DNA from: an uncultured delta proteobacterium
GTDB taxonomy: Bacteria; Desulfobacterota; Binatia; Binatales; Binataceae
DNA length: 64,000 nt
Direction of reading: 5' to 3'
Assembly (NCBI GenBank): GCA_963808235.1
Contig: CAWEEQ010000004.1
Coordinates: 640,001 to 704,000 of the forward strand
Made by a program: the position numbers and the translations under genes. Position 1 is the stretch's first letter, and every line of letters begins with the position of its first letter. Below are positions 42,991-54,644 of the stretch, piece after piece. Below the pieces are notes generated by a model, which was not told the origin of the DNA, made no database searches, and was given only the letters and a program-made list of their open reading frames with translations.

Positions 42991-43409
42991 CGCTTCGCGG
43001 TTAACTGCGGGGGCGGTGGACCCTCTGGATGCTGAGGCGCGTTGTCGGTGATCTGGTGCCAGGGAGCCTTCGAGGCTACGTAGATGTGAGAGCTGGTCCG
43101 CACTTTCGGGTCGTCGTCGAGAGCGCCTGCTGGAATCAGCACGACGTCACGCGTGGGCACCGCACGCGGCATCGGACTGCCACAGGTCCGGCAGAACGAG
43201 TTGCCAAATCTCAGCGTGTTCGGCAGCCGATAGTTGACGACGAGATCTTCGCCGCGAAGCCATCGGAATGCTCGCGCCGGCACGAACAGATTGGCGGCGT
43301 ATGCTGCGCCGCGCGCCTTGCGGCATCGCGAGCAATGACAGTTGCGCAGCTCGATTGGATCGCTGGCCTCAAAGGCCACCGCACCGCACAGGCAGCTTCC
43401 CGTAGTCAT
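42987..43409 (-). CDS. GFA/CENP-V family Zn-binding protein
   Basis: GSCLCG, CHCSRCRK, FCRTCGS and HIYVASKAPW motifs. Confidence 0.9.
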   Translation of the reverse strand: MTTGSCLCGAVAFEASDPIELRNCHCSRCRKARGAAYAANLFVPARAFRWLRGEDLVVNYRLPNTLRFGNSFCRTCGSPMPRAVPTRDVVLIPAGALDDDPKVRTSSHIYVASKAPWHQITDNAPQHPEGPPPPQLTAKR

Positions 43410-43437
43410 CGCGAACACCTCCAGTTAGAGCGCGGGG

Positions 43438-45423
43438 TCACGGATTGCGACGGATTACGACGCGGACTTCGCCGCGGCGCTCGGCCTTGATCGTCAATCG
43501 TTGGTTGTCGAGATCGAGTACGCCGTCGGCGCCGGACACTTCGAATACGCATCCACGCGGATACTGTAGAAGCGGGACGAAAATCTCGGTCGACGCTGCG
43601 ATCGACGGATCGGAGTCGTAGACGAACTCGAAAGTGCCGGCGACGCGATCGAACTTCATCGTGCGCGGAGTGCCTTGGGTCGCCTTCGCATACGGGCGCA
43701 CGAAGCCCGCCAGGGCGCGTCCGCCGCTGTTGATATCGGCGGGATTCGTCTGGTGGTCGCGTGAGAAGATGCTCAAGTCTTCCTGGTTCCATCCGTCGCC
43801 GATCGCGAGGTCGTTGCGATTGGACGCTGTGTAGTTCCATTGCGTACTGTTGATGAGCAGCCGGTCAAGCGCGTTGTACATCAGATCGAGCGCGATGATG
43901 TGCGGCGTCCATGGCGCATCGGAGCGATCGCCGGCATCGAAGGCGCGGTACGCTTCGGCGCCGTTCAAATCGAAGGGAATCCCGCATTCGCCGATAAGAG
44001 TCGGGGCGCCGCCCGGGATCGATTCTGACATCCTGGCGATCTTGCCGAGTTGACGCTCGTATTGCGCCTGGACTTGGCCGGCGGCAGACGCGATCTCGCC
44101 GGTCATCACGTCCAGGTTGAAATTCGGATTGAAAGTCTTGGTCGCGAGCGTGACAACGTCGTACCAGTGACCGGCGTTGACGGTGTTTGCGGGCGTATCG
44201 GCTGGGAACGCGGGGCCTGAGAATCCGGACATCGGATCGAGTTCGGCGAAGAGAATCCAGTCGGGATTGATCTCGCGGATATTTTCGGCGACCCGGGCAA
44301 AAAACGGTCCCATGTAATCCTCGATGAAATCGACCTTGCGATCGCCGACACGCTTGAAGAAATCGTCGCGGAGTACCTGGTAGCTGCCGTCGGCGTTTCG
44401 GCGCCATGCGCCGGCGGCCTCAAATGGATCGGCGCTTTCGTCGGTCCAGATTGAGACGCGATCGGGATTTATCGTTTTCTCGCCCTTGACGATCGCAGAC
44501 TTGGTCGCGAGATCGAATTCGAGCATCGGAACCGACCGCGAGACGCCGTGCGAGACCAGTAACCCGTCGAGCGGCGACCACGCGAGGCCAGGGAACGCGC
44601 GATTTGGATTTACGTCGCTCGGGCCGAGGTGACGGTAGGTGAGCGATTGTCCGATCCAACCTTGAGTGGGTTCGTTGAGCGAATCGAAGCCCATCACGTT
44701 GGGCAGGTCGCGGATTCGTCGCGCGATCTCGCGCTGCGCGCCGAGATAGTGCTCGAGCATGTAATCCTGCACGTTGAGGCCGTCGACAGTGAGGCCGGGC
44801 GTGAAGTCATTGCCGGCGAAGAACAGCGTCCACATGATGCCGTTGGCCGGGCGCCGCGCGTTCTGCGACCAGCTCATCGTGGGATAGCGATCTTCCTGGC
44901 GTCCGCCGCGACCATAGTCATATAGATGTTGCATCACGTGAGCAGAGCCGGAGTTGGCGAGGCGGCGATAGTCAATTCCGATTTTTTCGAACAGCCAGCC
45001 GGGGGCTCCGTCGCCACCGGTCATTCTGCTCCACACGTCCTGGTGAAAATCGACGAACAGGTAGAATCCGTAGTCACCGGCTATCCGGCACAACTCGGCA
45101 AAGTAATCGAGGTATTCGGTGTCGTAATCATTGGGCCCGCGATGCTCGACGGCTTCCCACGTGGTCAGCATCCGCAGGCAGTTGAATCCCCACGCGCGAA
45201 GGCGCGAGAAGTGTTCGTCGGCTTCGTCGATCGGAAAGGGGCGGCCGACGAAAGATACTTCGCGATGGTCGGAGAAATCGGAAGGAAAATTGGTGCCGCC
45301 GTCGGGGTAGGGAACCTTGCAGTCGCCCCCTAAGTTGACGCCGCGCAGAATCACGCGCCGCCCCGATTCGTCGACGAACCATCGCCCCTCCAAATGGAGG
45401 CGCCGCAAACTCATCGTGGTCAT
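43438..45423 (-). CDS. GH5 endoglycoceramidase/steryl-beta-glucosidase-like glycoside hydrolase
   Basis: LRGVNLGG..K.P, TWEAVEH, DFHQDVWSR..GG.GAP.W, SLNEP (acid/base), IGECG (nucleophile), WNQEDLSIFS and a C-terminal beta-sandwich. Confidence 0.85.
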   Translation of the reverse strand: MTTMSLRRLHLEGRWFVDESGRRVILRGVNLGGDCKVPYPDGGTNFPSDFSDHREVSFVGRPFPIDEADEHFSRLRAWGFNCLRMLTTWEAVEHRGPNDYDTEYLDYFAELCRIAGDYGFYLFVDFHQDVWSRMTGGDGAPGWLFEKIGIDYRRLANSGSAHVMQHLYDYGRGGRQEDRYPTMSWSQNARRPANGIMWTLFFAGNDFTPGLTVDGLNVQDYMLEHYLGAQREIARRIRDLPNVMGFDSLNEPTQGWIGQSLTYRHLGPSDVNPNRAFPGLAWSPLDGLLVSHGVSRSVPMLEFDLATKSAIVKGEKTINPDRVSIWTDESADPFEAAGAWRRNADGSYQVLRDDFFKRVGDRKVDFIEDYMGPFFARVAENIREINPDWILFAELDPMSGFSGPAFPADTPANTVNAGHWYDVVTLATKTFNPNFNLDVMTGEIASAAGQVQAQYERQLGKIARMSESIPGGAPTLIGECGIPFDLNGAEAYRAFDAGDRSDAPWTPHIIALDLMYNALDRLLINSTQWNYTASNRNDLAIGDGWNQEDLSIFSRDHQTNPADINSGGRALAGFVRPYAKATQGTPRTMKFDRVAGTFEFVYDSDPSIAASTEIFVPLLQYPRGCVFEVSGADGVLDLDNQRLTIKAERRGEVRVVIRRNP

Positions 45424-45535
45424 TGGCTCAATCCGTTGTCGATTCTTGAGGATCGGGCCGAGGTTGACGCAATGTAGGATCGCACGTCAAGGTACGCGAC
45501 GAAGGCACGGGTGAGGGGAAAAACGGGTAGCCATC

Positions 45536-48500
45536 GTGGGTGACCTCTTCAAGCGATTGCTCGCGCGCCTCAAGCGATCGCGCGAGTACGTTGAACCGTG
45601 GGCTGCGCGCACCGGCGCGCTGGCTAAATCGCGCCGGACGCGCAAAGTCGGGCTGATCGTCGTCATAGTGATTTTATTCCTCGGGGTGGCGACGTATTTC
45701 GCAGTGCCGCCGGTGCTCCGACATATCGTGACCGGGCCGGTCGCCGCGAGCATCCATCGCCAGGTCAGCGTCGGCAAAATCGGGTTCAATCTTTACCGGC
45801 TCAGTCTCGACGTCGATAAACTTCACGTCAGCGAGCGCGACAGCCCGGCTGCATTCGTCGATGTTGGCCACTTGAGAGTCAAGGTTTCGTGGGCGTCGCT
45901 GTTCCGATTCGCGCCGGTCGTCGGCGAAGTGGCGATCGACAAGCCTACCATTCACGTAGTTCGCTCGGACGAACAAAAATTCAACTTCTCCGACCTACTG
46001 GAGAGTGCGCCACCCGACAAGTCGAAACCGCCTCCGGCTCCGAGTGCGCCGATGCGCTTTGCGGTTTCCAATATTCAGATCCGCGACGGCGATGTGCGAT
46101 TCGACGACAAGTTGCTCGGAGAGCATCACGCGATCGAGCACATCCACATCAACGTTCCGTTTGTTGCGAACCTGCCCCAGGACGTTGACGTGTTCGTCGA
46201 GCCGCTAATCGAAATGGTTGTGGACGGGAGCCCGTTGCGTATTGCGGGTGTGGCAAAGCCATTTGGCGCCGCGCGCGATTCAGTGCTTGATCTGAAATTG
46301 CATCGACTCGATCTGCGGCAGTATCTCGCCTATGTGCCGCGGAAAATTCCGATCAAGATTCCGAGCGGAGCGCTTTCGGGCGATGTCTACGTGCATTTCG
46401 TACTCGAGGAGTCGAAGCCCGTTATCCGGCTGAACGGGACCGTTGCGCTCGATCAGCTCGACGTGCGCGACGCGGCCGACGCGCCGCTGGTCGCACTCAC
46501 CCATGCCGAGGTTAAACTCACGGACGTCGAGCCGCTCGGCGCGGTCATTTATTTGCGCTCGATTCGAGTCGACGGACTGAACACTCATCTCGTGCTGAAC
46601 GCTGACGGCAGCAATAATCTCACGTCGATCATGGCGCCGAACCCCGCGCCTGCGCCGGCGACCGCTCAAGCGCCGACTACAATCACTCAATCCGCATTGC
46701 CAGCGCCGGCAGCTGCGCCATCGCCGGCGCCCGCGCCTGGCGCGGAGAGTCCGCCGACCGACTTTGCGTTGGACTCGTTCGAGCTGACCAACAGCGTCGT
46801 GGAGTTCAAGGACAACAGCGCCGCGACGCCGGGGGACGCTGGCGATTGACGCAATTCATGTCGGGCTCCAGAACCTGAGGACGCTTGGGAAGGTGCCTGC
46901 TACTTACGATATGAACGCGAAAATTCGCCGCGGCGGATCGATCGAAGTCAAAGGCGGACTGAATCTCGGGCAGCAGCAGGCGACCAGCGAGGTCGCGATC
47001 GATCAGATCGATTTGCCGGCGCTGCAAACATTTGCGCAATCGGCGTTCGCGGGCAATCTCGCGTCGGGGAAGCTGAGTGCAAAAGCCAGCCTGCTGACCA
47101 ATTTCTCCAGCGGGAAGTTCAACCTGCACGCGGAACCCGCGAGCGTGTCGATCGACAATTTTGAAGTGCGCGCGCCGCGCGAGCGCGAGATTCCGGCGAA
47201 GTGGACGAATTTCAGCGTCGCGATCGGGCAGTTCGACCTGGCGTCGCATAGCGCAAAGGTCAACGAGGTGCGCGCGAACGGGATGCATCTGTACGTTCGG
47301 CGCGATCGCGACGGCAAATTGAGTTTGGCATCGCTGATGCGAAGCGCAGCGCCGCCGCCGCGCGAGAAGCGCGGGACCGAACAGCGCCGGACCGAGCGGG
47401 TGGCGCGCCGGTCGCGAGCGAGGCGCGCTGCACCCGCACCGCCGCCACCGCCGCCGGGCGAAAGCTGGAAATACGAGGTCGCATCGATCGCGATAGAAGG
47501 GACCGACGCGACCTTCGAGGACCATATGGCGCCGCAGCCGATCAAACTGGCGCTCGCGCCGCTGAACCTGCGGCTCAAGGATGTTTCGAGCGACCTTGCG
47601 AAGCCGATCTCGGTCGATATTGACGGCACTCTGAACCGCAAGGGGACTTTCAAAGTCACTGGAACCGCCGCGCCGGTACCGCTCAAGGCCGAGCTGCGCG
47701 TCGCGACCAAGCGCCTGGATCTTTCGTTTGCCGATCCTTACGTCAGCAGCCGGCTGAACGCGAAGATCACGAGCGCGAATCTGACGATGGACGGCGCCGT
47801 CGGTCTCGAGCAGGCGCGCAAGGATTTTATTGTCAGCTATCGCGGCGACGCGACGCTGGGCAGCGTGCGGATGCTCGATAAGCTGACCAACGATCTCTTT
47901 TTCAGAATGAACGCGCTCAACGTGAACAAAATCGATTTCGCGCTCGGGAAGGGTCCGCCGAAAGTACATATCGGCGAAGTCGCGCTGAGCGACTTTTATT
48001 CGCGGATCATTCTCAACGCCGACGGCAAATTGAACTTGAAGGACATCACGGCGAGCCCGCAGGAAGCGCCGACTTCGCTGACGCGAGCCGCGGGAACGCC
48101 GGGCTCGAAGGGAGTGGTGCCGGTGGCGCCGACTCCGACGCCCACAGCAGCGCCGAGCCCGGTGGCCGGCGCGGCTCCTGGAGCGTCTCCGGGAGCATCG
48201 CCGAGTCCACAGCCTTACGCGGGGCAGCCGATGGACGCCGATATCGAGGTGAGCAAGACCGTACTCAAGGGGGGCAAGGTCGATTACACGGACAATTTCA
48301 TCAAGCCCAACTACACGGCGAATTTGAGCGAGATGGAGGGGCAGGTCGGCGCGTTCGGAACAAAATCGACATCGCCCGCGGACGTTTCACTCGACGGAAA
48401 AATTAATGGCAGCTCGCCGATCAATATCAACGGCTCGATCAACCCGCTCGCGCCGACTGCGTTCGTGGATATCAAGGCGAAGGCCGACGCGATCGAAATG

Positions 48501-49433
48501 ACCGGGCTTTCGCCGTACACGACCAAATACACCGGCTATCCGATCGTCAAAGGCACGCTGACGGTTGATGTTCACTACCTGCTGGATACAGGAAAGCTGA
48601 CCGCCGAGAATCACATTTTCATCGATCAACTGACCTTCGGCGATCACGTGGACAGCCCGGGCGCGGCGAATCTGCCGGTTCGCCTTGCGGTTTCATTGCT
48701 CAAGAATTCGAAAGGCGAAATCGATCTGCAAATCCCCGTGTCGGGTTCGCTCTCTGATCCGCAATTCAGCATCGGCGACGTCGTTTGGAGCGCGGTCAAG
48801 AACCTGGTCGTCAAGGCCCTGACGTCACCATTCTCGCTGCTGGCGGCGGCGTTCGGTGGCAGCGGCGGCGCGCAGCAGGACCTCGGCTATATTGAGTTCG
48901 CGCCGGGGTACGCGACCCTGACGGCGGATAGTCAGCAGAAGCTGGACACTGTCGCGAAGGCACTGGCGGAGCGAACCGGATTGAAGCTCAACATTTCTGG
49001 ACGGGTCGATCCAAAGTTCGACAAAGACGGTTACCGCGAGGCGTCACTCGAGCACAGCATCCAAGTGCTGAGACACAATGCCGAGGGCGACAGTGCGGGC
49101 GGGAACGCCAAACCTGCCGCGCTGTCGGCGGCGGACTACAACAAATATCTGCAGAAGGTCTATAGCGCGGGAAAATTTGAGAAGCCACGCAACGCTATTG
49201 GAATCGCGAAGTCGATCCCGCCCGACGACATGAAGAAACTCATCCTCAGCAACACTCCGGTGAGCGATCAGGATCTGCACAACCTGGCCGACGGGCGCGC
49301 AAATGCGGTGCGCGCGTACCTGAATACGAAGCAGGTGGAGGCTGCGCGGATGTTCATCGTCGCGCCGAAGCTGGACGCGAGCGGAATCAAGGATCAGGGC
49401 AAGACTACGCGCGTGGACCTGTCGCTGGAGTGA
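45536..49433 (+). CDS. DUF748 (AsmA-like) large periplasmic protein (apparent +1 frameshift in the G-run near 46831)
   Basis: N-terminal TM, repeated NFSDL/beta-taco-like segments, C-terminal LPVRLAVSLLKN..GEIDL.IPVSGSL.DP.FS and OmpA-like tail; ORFs 45536..46849 and 46893..49433 join if one G is removed. Confidence 0.85.
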
Positions 49434-49502
49434 CGCGCTCTCGGAGCCGCTCGGCTCCGCTTGCCCTAAGTGAAGTCAAAGTGTTTTGCGCCGAGACAGA
49501 CT

Positions 49503-49534
49503 CGGGATTCTTCGCTGCGCTCAGAATGACACAA
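49503..49534 (+). repeat. Solo copy of the GIY-YIG-associated palindrome between convergent genes
   Basis: cgggattcttcgctgcgctcagaatgacacaa, 1 mismatch to R1 and followed by a similar A-run; degenerate inverted partner at ~49461-49481. Confidence 0.85.
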
Positions 49535-49611
49535 AAAAAGAGTGCGCAAGCCATGCTGTTCGATGTGCAATGGCTTCCGCACGGTCGAGAAACTACTCGG
49601 GCGCGGCCCGG

Positions 49612-51156
49612 CTAAAGAGAACCGAGAATTCGATCGGGGACTGCGTCCCACGCGCGGCGCTCGTCGTCGTAGGGCGCGGCTTCGAGTTTGGTCGTCTCGC
49701 CGAAAACCATCGTGGCTCGACCCGTGTCGGTGTATTGCGCCCAATCGCCGACGCTGGCGCAGCTCGGATTGACTGAACGCGCAAACGCGAGCCATGCGTC
49801 TTGCATCTGCGCCGCCAGCTTTTCCGCGGCCGCGCCGGTGCCCGAAAATGCGGACATCCCGGGCAAGTGGTTGGTGCCAAAGACGAAGCCAAGCTCGAGC
49901 GCGTGGCAGGATCCGAGCAGACCGCCCATCGCGGGCGAGCGCCAGGTGAGGAGATAGCTGTAGACACGCGGCTCAAGTTTTCCCTGCACCGATGCGAGGC
50001 GCACGCCCGGGATTCGGAAGACGCGATCGGTCTCGATTGCGGTGAACAAATCGGCCGGCGCGGTTGGATCGCCGCGACCGGCGCGTGCTTTCTCGTAGGT
50101 ATCGATCAGCGCGTCGGCGGATTCGGCGGTCAAGCGTCTGCTGATGCGCGCGCCGAGCCCGGCGCGATCGAGTCTGCCGAGCGAAGGATCCATCATCGCG
50201 AACAACTTCCATTCTTCGAGCGTGGAGCCGACCATCACCGCAACATTGCGCGCGGAACCGTTCGCGACCATCTCGATCGCAGCCTTCGGAAGATGGGTTC
50301 CGTCGATCACGGGCTGATATGCCATCCCGAGTTCAGGATCCGGCGTTTTACCGTCGGCGAGCAGAGTGCCGGTCAGCAATTGCGCCGGGGTCAACGCGCG
50401 GATCGCGTCCGCACTAGCGGGCTGCGTGCCGAGCTTCGACAGCACTCGCTCGGCGACGCGGTTCGCACGCGCCACGGGTGCGCCGGTATGGCAGGCTCCG
50501 CTTTGCGGTATCGCTTTATGGAAGAGGCCGCGCGCGGAGGGCATCGCGAGCAAACTTCCGACGCTCATGCCGCCGGCCGATTCGCCGAAGATTGTGACGT
50601 TGTCGGGGTCGCCGCCGAATTCCGCGATATTGTCGCGCACCCACTCGAGCGCGGCGACCTGATCGAGCATCCCTTCGGTTCCGGTGGAAGGGATTTTTCC
50701 GCTGGTTACATCTTGAAGACGCAGGAAACCTAAAGGGCCGAGGCGATAATTGACGCTGACAAGCACGACGTCGCCGCGCTTACTGAGAACGGACCCGTCG
50801 TAGATCGGCTGCGAGGACGCGCCGATTGTGAATCCGCCGCCGTGGATCCAGACCATCACTGGCCGCCGTTTGGCGTCGAGACCGGGAGTCCAGAGGTTCA
50901 AGTAAAGGCAATCTTCAGACTGCGGATCGTTGATCACCATCGCGGCGAGGGCGCCGTTGATCAATTGATTCTGATGAGACACCGCGCCGAAGGTACGCGC
51001 ATCGCGGACTCCGGTCCACGGAGCGGGCTTCTCGGGCGCGGCCCATCGGCGAATACCTGTCGGAGGCGCTGCGAACGGGATTCCTTTGAAGACGAAGAGT
51101 CCGCCCTGGTCGTCACCTTCAAGTTTGCCGCAGCGGGTCGATACGGTCGCGGTCAT
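49612..51156 (-). CDS. Type-B carboxylesterase (PnbA-like)
   Basis: FKGIPFA, SEDCLYLN.W, WIHGGGF, FGESAG nucleophile and HALE. Confidence 0.92.
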   Translation of the reverse strand: MTATVSTRCGKLEGDDQGGLFVFKGIPFAAPPTGIRRWAAPEKPAPWTGVRDARTFGAVSHQNQLINGALAAMVINDPQSEDCLYLNLWTPGLDAKRRPVMVWIHGGGFTIGASSQPIYDGSVLSKRGDVVLVSVNYRLGPLGFLRLQDVTSGKIPSTGTEGMLDQVAALEWVRDNIAEFGGDPDNVTIFGESAGGMSVGSLLAMPSARGLFHKAIPQSGACHTGAPVARANRVAERVLSKLGTQPASADAIRALTPAQLLTGTLLADGKTPDPELGMAYQPVIDGTHLPKAAIEMVANGSARNVAVMVGSTLEEWKLFAMMDPSLGRLDRAGLGARISRRLTAESADALIDTYEKARAGRGDPTAPADLFTAIETDRVFRIPGVRLASVQGKLEPRVYSYLLTWRSPAMGGLLGSCHALELGFVFGTNHLPGMSAFSGTGAAAEKLAAQMQDAWLAFARSVNPSCASVGDWAQYTDTGRATMVFGETTKLEAAPYDDERRAWDAVPDRILGSL

Positions 51157-51289
51157 ATGCATAGAACCTCGGCGTTTTGGTTGCGAGGATTCTTGCAGGA
51201 TTCACATGGAATTCACAAACGCCGCGGACGCGCGGGTCGTTTGGATCGAGTGACGGGCGGACTCTATAGTGCACTTGGGGGAAACATTG

Positions 51290-52684
51290 ATGACAACTAA
51301 GACTAGACGTCGATTCGGGTGGTCGATCAGCGTTACGGCGGTGCTGTTGGCGATTGGCGCGATGATCTTCGCGCGTGGGTTCGTAGTCGAGATTCGCGCC
51401 TCCGCAGATACTCCAGCGCTTTTGCCGGATTCGACCGAAATCGACAGTGGAAAGGGCCGTGCGCTTCCAGTTGCGGGCGACGTGCTGATGGTCGGTGGCA
51501 TGGGCGTTGGCAAGGCGAAAATGAAAACCCTCTCGAAAGCCGAGTTTTACGATCCGACCCAGGGCAAATTTTTCCAGACTGGCAGTATGCCAGTTACCGC
51601 GGCCGTGCAGGGCGCGAGCCTCGCGTCATCGTCGCCGGGAGCGAAGGTGGTGGCGCTCGGAGGAATCAGCGGGACGGGCCACGCCAACGTGAATCTGCTT
51701 TCGTTCACGGGGACGGTGGTCGCAAGCACCGAGAGTTACGATCCGTCGGCTGGGACCTGGTCGGCGGGAGCAAACATGATGTCGTCGCCGCGCGCAGGCG
51801 CGACTGCGACGCTGCTACCTTCGGGACTGATACTGATCGCGGGCGGCTTCGACGCCAGCGAGAATGCGCTCAACACCGCCGAGCTGTTTAACCCCGCGGA
51901 TGGAACCCTGGTCCGCACCGACAACAACATGACTGATGCGCGCGCGTTTCATACCGCGAATCTGCTGCTCAGCGGTAAGGTTCTGCTCGTGAGCGGATTG
52001 ACCGATAACAACGGTTCGACGTCCACGACCGCCGACATCTTCGATCCGGCGGCCGGAACGCATGGCCGCTTTACGACCAGCGTCGGCACGCCCCTGGCCT
52101 CGGCCGCCGGGGCGAGCGTGCTGTTTCCGAGCGGAGCGCTGATGGGCAAAGTACTGATCACCGGTGGCGACCTATGCGGCAGTGGCTTCGTTTGCAGTTC
52201 ATTCACGGGCCAGCTTTACAATCCGGGGACGGATCAATTCGCCTTCGCGGCATCGATGAACGAATCCCGCATCAACCACACCGCGACCCTGCTCCAGAAT
52301 GGAAAGGTGCTGATCACCGGCGGAATCAATCTATTCGCCACGATGGGCGCCGGAAAAGTGAACGGAGCGGGAGCCGCGACCACCTTCAGCAAGTCAGCGG
52401 AATTGTTCGATCCGGCCACCGTGAGCTTCACCTGTGTCGGCGGCGCGGGCAGCAGTGGATGCATGCCGACAATGACCAAGACGCGCGCGGGCCACACGGC
52501 GACACTGATGGACGATGGCACGGTACTGATCGCCGGGGGGTTCGCATCCTATGGGCCTCCGGTTTTCCAGATGGGGAATGCAACCAAGACCGCGGAGATT
52601 TTCAATCCAACCAGCGGCACCTTTGCGAAGACCAAGTCGATGCATACAGCGCGCGGAGGGCATACCGCGACGATGCTTCAGTAG
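51290..52684 (+). CDS. Secreted kelch-repeat beta-propeller protein
   Basis: Repeats R..HTATLL..GKVLI.GG...AELFDP; N-terminal signal peptide. Confidence 0.85.
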   Translation: MTTKTRRRFGWSISVTAVLLAIGAMIFARGFVVEIRASADTPALLPDSTEIDSGKGRALPVAGDVLMVGGMGVGKAKMKTLSKAEFYDPTQGKFFQTGSMPVTAAVQGASLASSSPGAKVVALGGISGTGHANVNLLSFTGTVVASTESYDPSAGTWSAGANMMSSPRAGATATLLPSGLILIAGGFDASENALNTAELFNPADGTLVRTDNNMTDARAFHTANLLLSGKVLLVSGLTDNNGSTSTTADIFDPAAGTHGRFTTSVGTPLASAAGASVLFPSGALMGKVLITGGDLCGSGFVCSSFTGQLYNPGTDQFAFAASMNESRINHTATLLQNGKVLITGGINLFATMGAGKVNGAGAATTFSKSAELFDPATVSFTCVGGAGSSGCMPTMTKTRAGHTATLMDDGTVLIAGGFASYGPPVFQMGNATKTAEIFNPTSGTFAKTKSMHTARGGHTATMLQ

Positions 52685-52730
52685 CTCGTCGCGCAAGGTA
52701 CTGACTTACAACCACACAGGCGGCGTGGCC

Positions 52731-53720
52731 ATGGCAGAAAGACCTCCACTCAGATTTGGAATACTTGGTGCGGCGCGGATCGCGCCTGAGGCGCTTGTCA
52801 AACCGGCGCAGAAGTCGGCGGATGCGGAGGTCGCGGCGATTGCAGCGCGCGATCCTGCTCGTGCGCGCGAATTCGCCGCCACGCATAACATCCCGCGAGT
52901 ACACGCGAGCTATGCGGACCTAATCAGCGACCCCGAGCTCGACGTCATCTACAATCCGCTGCCCAACTCGCTTCATTGCGAGTGGACGATGGCCGCGCTC
53001 AGAGCGGGGAAGCACGTGCTGTGCGAGAAGCCGATTGCCTCCAACGCGGCCGAAGCGGAGCAGATGGCGAAGGTGGCGGAAACAACCGGGTTGATCCTGG
53101 GCGAGGCGTTCCACTACCGCTATCATCCGCTGGCGGATCGCGTGCGCGAGATCCTCGCGAGCGGTACGCTGGGCCGGGTCCGACACGTCGAAGGAAATTT
53201 CTCGGTTCCAATCCCCGAAAAGAACATCCGCTTCGATTGGAGTCTTGCCGGCGGCGCCACGATGGATTTGGGATGCTACCCGCTCCATATGATTCGCAAC
53301 TTTTCCGGTTTGACCACCAAAGTGATTCGAGCCAAAGCGGAAACCGGACCGAAGAATATCGACATCGCGATGGAAGTGGAGCTCGAGCTCGCGGGCGGAG
53401 TAAGCGCCAGGATGACCTGCTCGATGAAGAAGGATGCGCAGCTTGGTGCGTCGTTCAACGTGCGCGGTGAGATGGGTGAATTGAGAGTGACGAACCCGGT
53501 CGGGCCACATTGGGGAAATCAGTTGACGGTCAAGACCGGCGCAAGTGAGAAGACTGAATCAGTGCCGGGAGACACGACCTTCACATATCAGTTGAGTGCG
53601 TTTGTGAAGGCGGTTCGCGCAGAGGCGAAGTTTCCGACCGATGGCGCTGAAGGGATCGTCAACATGGGCTTGATCGACGACGTGTATCGAGCGGCCGGAC
53701 TTCCGCCGCGCGGAAGCTGA
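52731..53720 (+). CDS. Gfo/Idh/MocA family oxidoreductase
   Basis: GILGAARIA, YNPLPN.LH, GKHVLCEKP and GGA.MDLGCY. Confidence 0.9.
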   Translation: MAERPPLRFGILGAARIAPEALVKPAQKSADAEVAAIAARDPARAREFAATHNIPRVHASYADLISDPELDVIYNPLPNSLHCEWTMAALRAGKHVLCEKPIASNAAEAEQMAKVAETTGLILGEAFHYRYHPLADRVREILASGTLGRVRHVEGNFSVPIPEKNIRFDWSLAGGATMDLGCYPLHMIRNFSGLTTKVIRAKAETGPKNIDIAMEVELELAGGVSARMTCSMKKDAQLGASFNVRGEMGELRVTNPVGPHWGNQLTVKTGASEKTESVPGDTTFTYQLSAFVKAVRAEAKFPTDGAEGIVNMGLIDDVYRAAGLPPRGS

Positions 53721-53751
53721 ACGAATCGAGCTTACGCTTCGGAGAAATAAA

Positions 53752-54636
53752 ATGATTACCGAACAACTGAAGAATGTAATCGACAGAATCAAGTCTCAGC
53801 CGCAGAATCCGAACGCGCCGATCGCGAATCGTCGCGCCGGGATGGAACGGATCAGCGAGCATGTTGCGCGCGACGTGACCTGCGAGCCCGTCGACGCGGG
53901 CGGCGTGCATGCGGAATGGATCGCGACGCCCGGCGCGGCAGCGGACCGCGTGATTCTGTACTTGCACGGCGGCGGATACGTAATCGGTTCGATCAACACG
54001 CATCGAGCAATGATCGCGAGAATCGCGCGGGCGTCGAATGCGCGCGCGCTCGCAATCGACTACCGGCTCGCGCCGGAGCATCCGTTTCCCGCCGCGGTCG
54101 AGGACAGTGTCGCCGCGTACAAATGGCTCCTCGCGCAGGGTTACAAGCCCGCAAAGATCGTAATCGCCGGTGATTCCGCCGGCGGGGGATTGGCGCTGGC
54201 GACGTTGGTGGCGCTGCGCGATTCCGGGCAGCCGATGCCGGCCGCTGCGGTCCCGATATCTCCGTGGACCGATCTCGAAGGCACTGGAGATTCGGTGCGC
54301 AGCAAAGCCGCGAAAGATCCGATGGTGCAGCAGGACAACCTTGCGGGGTCAGCGAAGCAATACATCGGCAACGCGGATCCAAAGAATCCCCTGATCTCGC
54401 CGCTGCACGCCGACTATCGCGGGCTACCGCCGATGCTCATCCACGTCGGAGAGGCGGAGATTCTGCTCGACGATGCGACCCGGGTCGCCGAACGCGCGAA
54501 GAAGGCCGGGGTGAACGTCGAACTCGAGGTCTGGGACGACATGATTCATGTCTGGCACGTGTTTGCGAAGTTGCTGCCAGAGGGCCAGCAGGCGATCGAC
54601 AAGATTGGAAAGTTCGTGATCGCGCGAACTTCGTAA
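53752..54636 (+). CDS. Hormone-sensitive-lipase family alpha/beta hydrolase
   Basis: HGGGY, DYRLAPEHPFPAA, GDSAGG and HVW motifs. Confidence 0.92.
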   Translation: MITEQLKNVIDRIKSQPQNPNAPIANRRAGMERISEHVARDVTCEPVDAGGVHAEWIATPGAAADRVILYLHGGGYVIGSINTHRAMIARIARASNARALAIDYRLAPEHPFPAAVEDSVAAYKWLLAQGYKPAKIVIAGDSAGGGLALATLVALRDSGQPMPAAAVPISPWTDLEGTGDSVRSKAAKDPMVQQDNLAGSAKQYIGNADPKNPLISPLHADYRGLPPMLIHVGEAEILLDDATRVAERAKKAGVNVELEVWDDMIHVWHVFAKLLPEGQQAIDKIGKFVIARTS

Positions 54637-54644
54637 GTCGCCCG

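Noticed and set aside
46820-46850. Programmed frameshift or phase variation at the G5 run in the DUF748 gene
   Set aside because: The run is short, there is no slippery heptamer with a downstream structure, and similar indels hit housekeeping genes such as gnd.
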